A DNA stretch of 62,132 nt, counting the filler. It is 7 parts of 7 records of this genome, joined end to end, with 100 filler letters (N's around TTAATTAATTAA, not from the genome) between each part and the next. Parts side by side here need not be neighbours in the genome. Positions count along the whole stretch, not along the records: positions 49,883 to 62,132 come from SRR20825010_2886; 6 more parts are not named here. One strand, written 5' to 3'. The position numbers and the translations under genes were made by a program. Shown here one piece after another: positions 58,815-62,132 of this stretch. The first letter of the stretch is position 1. Each line of letters opens with the position of its first letter. The notes under the pieces are model-generated. The model saw only the letters and a program-made list of their open reading frames with translations, made no database searches and was not told the DNA's origin.

Positions 58815-60449
58815 ATGAATTTAAAAATCATTTTTCAGCTTTCATTGGCAGTGACATTTCTTTTTTCATGTAAAGGTGATAAATTGGACAAAATTGAGGG
58901 GGACCACACTTCCGACAAGCCCAATATTGTTTGGATTTATTTGGAGGACACAGCACCTTTATTGGGCTGTTATGGAGAGCCATTGGTTGACACTCCCAAT
59001 ATAGACAGTCTTGCCACAAGGGGAGTGCTCTATAAAAATGTATTTATGCCCGCCCCCGTATGTTCGGCAAGTAGGTCCAGTATCATCACCGGTATGATGT
59101 CTACTAGTTTCGGGGCACAAAACCATCATAGTTCCAGGACTACGGAGTCGGCCATATATTTGCCCGAACAGGCGCAAACGATTCCCGAACTATTTAAAGG
59201 GGCCGGATATTTCACCTTCAATAATGGTAAGGACGATTATAATTTTGTGTACGATAGGAAAGACCTTTATGATCAAGAGTATGTATACCATCCCTTGTAT
59301 GGGAAAAGTGGTGAACGGTTAGATCTGGCTAGCTTGAAAGGGAAAGAACCCTTTTTTGGGCAGATTCAGATGTACGGAGGAAAAGAAATTTTCAATTCCA
59401 AATTCAAGGAGAACGTGGCTTCCCCGGTGGACCGTTCCCAGATAAAACTGCCACCTTATTTGCCCCATCACCCGGCTATAGTGGAGGAATATGCCAACCA
59501 TCTGGATGCCATTCAGATTACCGATGAAAAAGTAGGTGAAATTATGGGTAAACTCAGGGAAAACGATCTGTTAAAGAACACTATAGTTTTCTTTTTTTCC
59601 GATCATGGAATGCGTTTGACCAGGAATAAGCAATTCCTTTATGATGGGGGACTACAGGTGCCCTTGATCATTGCCGATTTTAGGGAAGGGAAATCAAAAA
59701 TACAAACTGGATCCGTGAATTCCGACCTGATTGCCGGGTTGGATTTGGGAACAACTGCCCTTGCTTTGGCCGAAATCCCTATTCCGGAAAATATGGAAGG
59801 CAGGGATATTTTTAATGAGTCCATAGGCCCTCGGGAGTTTGTGATTTCTACCAGAGATCGTTGCGATTTTACCATAGACCGGATACGGTCCGTGCGGTCC
59901 AAGGAGTTTAAGTATATCCGAAACTTTATGACGGACAGGCCTTATACACAACCTACATATATGGATTTTGATAAGGTAGAGTTTGTAGGGGTAATGAAAC
60001 AATTACATGCGGAAGGAAAGTTGAATGAGGCACAAGATCGCTTCATGGCTGCTGTGCGGCCCTCGGAAGAATTGTATGATATAAATGCCGATCCTTTTGA
60101 ATTGAACAATTTGGCGCAAAACCCACAATATTCCAAAGTATTGGAGAAATACCGTTCTGTGTTAAATCAATGGGTTTTGGAAACCGATGACAAAGGACAA
60201 TACGGAGAGGATGAGGCCGGTTTGAAATTCATGTTGGGCATATGGGGAAAGGACTGTGTTAATCCAGAGTACGATGTTCTCAGGAAGAAATATCCAAATT
60301 TTGAAGGATCGTTGCTTTATTTAAAGAGTGTAGCCTCTAAAAAAGTGGAACCAGATTTTGTTGGCACGCCGCTTTTTGACATAGAAGGGGATCAACTTGT
60401 TCAATTTTCTGTGAGGCCTATGTCAGAAAAATCAGGGGAAGAATTATAG
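58815..60449 (+). CDS. Formylglycine-dependent (S1) sulfatase, lipoprotein
   Basis: Lipobox LFSC, PNIVWI, CSASRSSIITG (CxxxR), SDHG, ELYD. Confidence 0.93.
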   Translation: MNLKIIFQLSLAVTFLFSCKGDKLDKIEGDHTSDKPNIVWIYLEDTAPLLGCYGEPLVDTPNIDSLATRGVLYKNVFMPAPVCSASRSSIITGMMSTSFGAQNHHSSRTTESAIYLPEQAQTIPELFKGAGYFTFNNGKDDYNFVYDRKDLYDQEYVYHPLYGKSGERLDLASLKGKEPFFGQIQMYGGKEIFNSKFKENVASPVDRSQIKLPPYLPHHPAIVEEYANHLDAIQITDEKVGEIMGKLRENDLLKNTIVFFFSDHGMRLTRNKQFLYDGGLQVPLIIADFREGKSKIQTGSVNSDLIAGLDLGTTALALAEIPIPENMEGRDIFNESIGPREFVISTRDRCDFTIDRIRSVRSKEFKYIRNFMTDRPYTQPTYMDFDKVEFVGVMKQLHAEGKLNEAQDRFMAAVRPSEELYDINADPFELNNLAQNPQYSKVLEKYRSVLNQWVLETDDKGQYGEDEAGLKFMLGIWGKDCVNPEYDVLRKKYPNFEGSLLYLKSVASKKVEPDFVGTPLFDIEGDQLVQFSVRPMSEKSGEEL

Positions 60450-60516
60450 ATTGTTATGGCAGGTACAACCAAAACAATAGCGTTATTCTGGTTTAGATAA
60501 TGTTGCCAAGGGGAAA

Positions 60517-61143
60517 TTAAGCGTTAAATTCTTCCAATATTTTAATGGCCTCTTCATCGGATACCTGATCAAAATCCATATAAAACTGTCCCACGGCCTG
60601 AAAATTAAAGGGTGTCTCCAAGCATACTACTTCGTCTACATAAGATGCAGCATTTAATTTTTGTACTGTAGATTTGGGGGCCACTGGTATGGCGATGACA
60701 ATTTTTTCCGGCTTTTGGTCATAGACCAGCTGTGCGGTGACCCGTATAGTGTTTCCTGTGGCGATACCGTCGTCTATTATGATAACTATTTTATCCTTTA
60801 AGGCTATGGGGGATCTATTCCTAAAATATTGGTTTTGTCTTTTTTTTAGCTTTTCGCGAAGACGTTTCTTTTCTTTCTCTATATAACCGATCGAAATTTC
60901 AACGTTATCGTCGAGAATAATATTATTGAGACTAACAGCCCCGATGGCAAATTCCTTGTTGAACGGATGACCTATTTTTTTTGAAAGGGCCACATCTAAT
61001 TTGGCGTTCAATGATTTGGCCACAATTGCTCCCAAGGGTAATCCGCCCCTAGGTATTGCCAAGATCACTACATTCTCTTTATCCTTGTATGAGTTTAGCT
61101 TTTTCGCTAGCCGTAGCCCGGCATCGATTCTGTCCTTAAACAT
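60517..61143 (-). CDS. Phosphoribosyltransferase-family protein
   Basis: FKDRIDAG, AIPRGG, IIDDGIATG, AVGQFY.DF.QVSD. Confidence 0.93.
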   Translation of the reverse strand: MFKDRIDAGLRLAKKLNSYKDKENVVILAIPRGGLPLGAIVAKSLNAKLDVALSKKIGHPFNKEFAIGAVSLNNIILDDNVEISIGYIEKEKKRLREKLKKRQNQYFRNRSPIALKDKIVIIIDDGIATGNTIRVTAQLVYDQKPEKIVIAIPVAPKSTVQKLNAASYVDEVVCLETPFNFQAVGQFYMDFDQVSDEEAIKILEEFNA

Positions 61144-61145
61144 TT

Positions 61146-61802
61146 TTATGGGTTTTTAGTTGTTAACCATTTCTCAAACCATGCTGCGGAAAGTTCGGCC
61201 ACCTTCTCCAGTTTTCCTTGTTCCTCAAAAAGATGGTTTGCCCCCGGAATGGTTTCAATTTTTTTTTCGCATTCCATTATGGCATAGGCTTGAATATTCA
61301 GTTCCAGTACTACCGAATCCTTTCCGCCAACTATTAATAAGGTTGGAGCACTAATCTCGGGTATTTCATCCAGGGCAAGGTCCGGTCGCCCGCCCCTGGA
61401 AACGATGGCTTTTATAGCATCCTTAAAAAAGGCGGCCGCTCTTAGGGCCGATGCTGCACCCGTACTGGCCCCAAAATAGCCCAAGGGAAGTACCTCGGTT
61501 TCATTTTGTTGTTGTACCCATTTTGTTACTGCTATAAGGCGACTCGTTAAAAGGTCGATGTTGAAGCGTGTTTCGTAGCTTTCGTCTTCGGTTTCGGTCA
61601 GTAAGTCGAGCAATAAGGTAGCCAATCCTTTTTGATTAAGTATGTTGGCAACGTAATTATTTCTGGGGCTAAGCCTACTGCTACCACTACCGTGGGAAAA
61701 GATTACCAAACCCTTGGCATTTTCAGGCATGTACAAATTAGCCTTTAATGTTAGGTGTTTTAAGGGGATGGAAATAACGTTATTTTGGTCTTTTACCAAC
61801 AT
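61146..61802 (-). CDS. Dienelactone hydrolase-like alpha/beta hydrolase
   Basis: HGSGSSRLSPRN, GASTG nucleophile elbow, SRGGRPDL, GANHLFEE. Confidence 0.92.
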   Translation of the reverse strand: MLVKDQNNVISIPLKHLTLKANLYMPENAKGLVIFSHGSGSSRLSPRNNYVANILNQKGLATLLLDLLTETEDESYETRFNIDLLTSRLIAVTKWVQQQNETEVLPLGYFGASTGAASALRAAAFFKDAIKAIVSRGGRPDLALDEIPEISAPTLLIVGGKDSVVLELNIQAYAIMECEKKIETIPGANHLFEEQGKLEKVAELSAAWFEKWLTTKNP

Positions 61803-62132
61803 TACAATGATATTTTGTATTGAGTAGTTTTACGGTATTTTCAGGAATAATTCCTAAATACACCAACTTTCGTTCACAACAATTTTAGGCCCAGACATTG
61901 GCCTTTTAGGATTGGAAAAATAGTTTTCGGCTATACCGTCATTTATTAAAGTAGAGTAATTCTCCAGGCAAAACAATGATATAGGTCATATGCCAATGCC
62001 ATAGGGGATTCACGTTTAAAATGTGTAGTGGAAATGTATTTTCGTCCCCCTTCAAGTTTAGGACTAAATTTGGGTATGGAAAAATGGTATGAAATTGCCA
62101 TGTATTTTATTAGTGAAACTCAATTTTGAGAA

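Noticed and set aside
1-62132. CRISPR array, integrase, transposase or prophage genes
   Set aside because: No regularly spaced direct repeats with unique spacers and no such protein motifs were seen in the ORFs.

Overview
This window is not one genome. It is seven contigs joined by identical 100-nt artificial spacers (44 N + TTAATTAATTAA + 44 N), so gene context is only valid within a segment. Taxon labels below are inferred from GC content and protein style. (1) 1-11999, Cytophagia (Algoriphagus-like): end of secDF, an unusual five-gene signalling cassette, an oxidoreductase, two beta-barrel proteins, glycyl-tRNA synthetase, two lipoproteins and crtD. (2) 12100-26692, Flavobacteriaceae (Arenibacter-like): gene relics including a SusD C-terminus, a putative 3-keto-glycoside cluster, a Crp/Fnr-GlcG-propeller/Dabb-SDR unit and a large cytochrome c fusion. 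(3) 26793-35707, Cytophagia: RNA methyltransferase, an ECF sigma/FecR/TonB-receptor/PepSY-like cassette, an ABC permease and a truncated tRNA. (4) 35808-41306, AT-rich Flavobacteriaceae: frameshifted LON-domain gene, lysA, a HEPN-like ORF, housekeeping genes and three copies of a repeat. (5) 41407-46313 and (6) 46414-49782, GC-rich Rhodobacteraceae-like: TctA/PrpF/ThDP enzyme/dehydrogenase; DMT, 5-formyl-THF cyclo-ligase, mgtE, guaD. (7) 49883-62132, Flavobacteriaceae: hexuronate locus (LacI, uxaA, uxaB, TRAP), a sulfatase and a PRTase/hydrolase pair. The best candidate for an undescribed system is 1329-4712. A 133-aa protein ending in N-G-x-x-C-P-x-x-C is followed by two paralogous 7-TM proteins, a histidine kinase with no sensor domain and a NarL-type regulator. 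This layout suggests a Bacteroidota peptide (quorum-sensing-like) signalling module with a split receptor; that function is inference.
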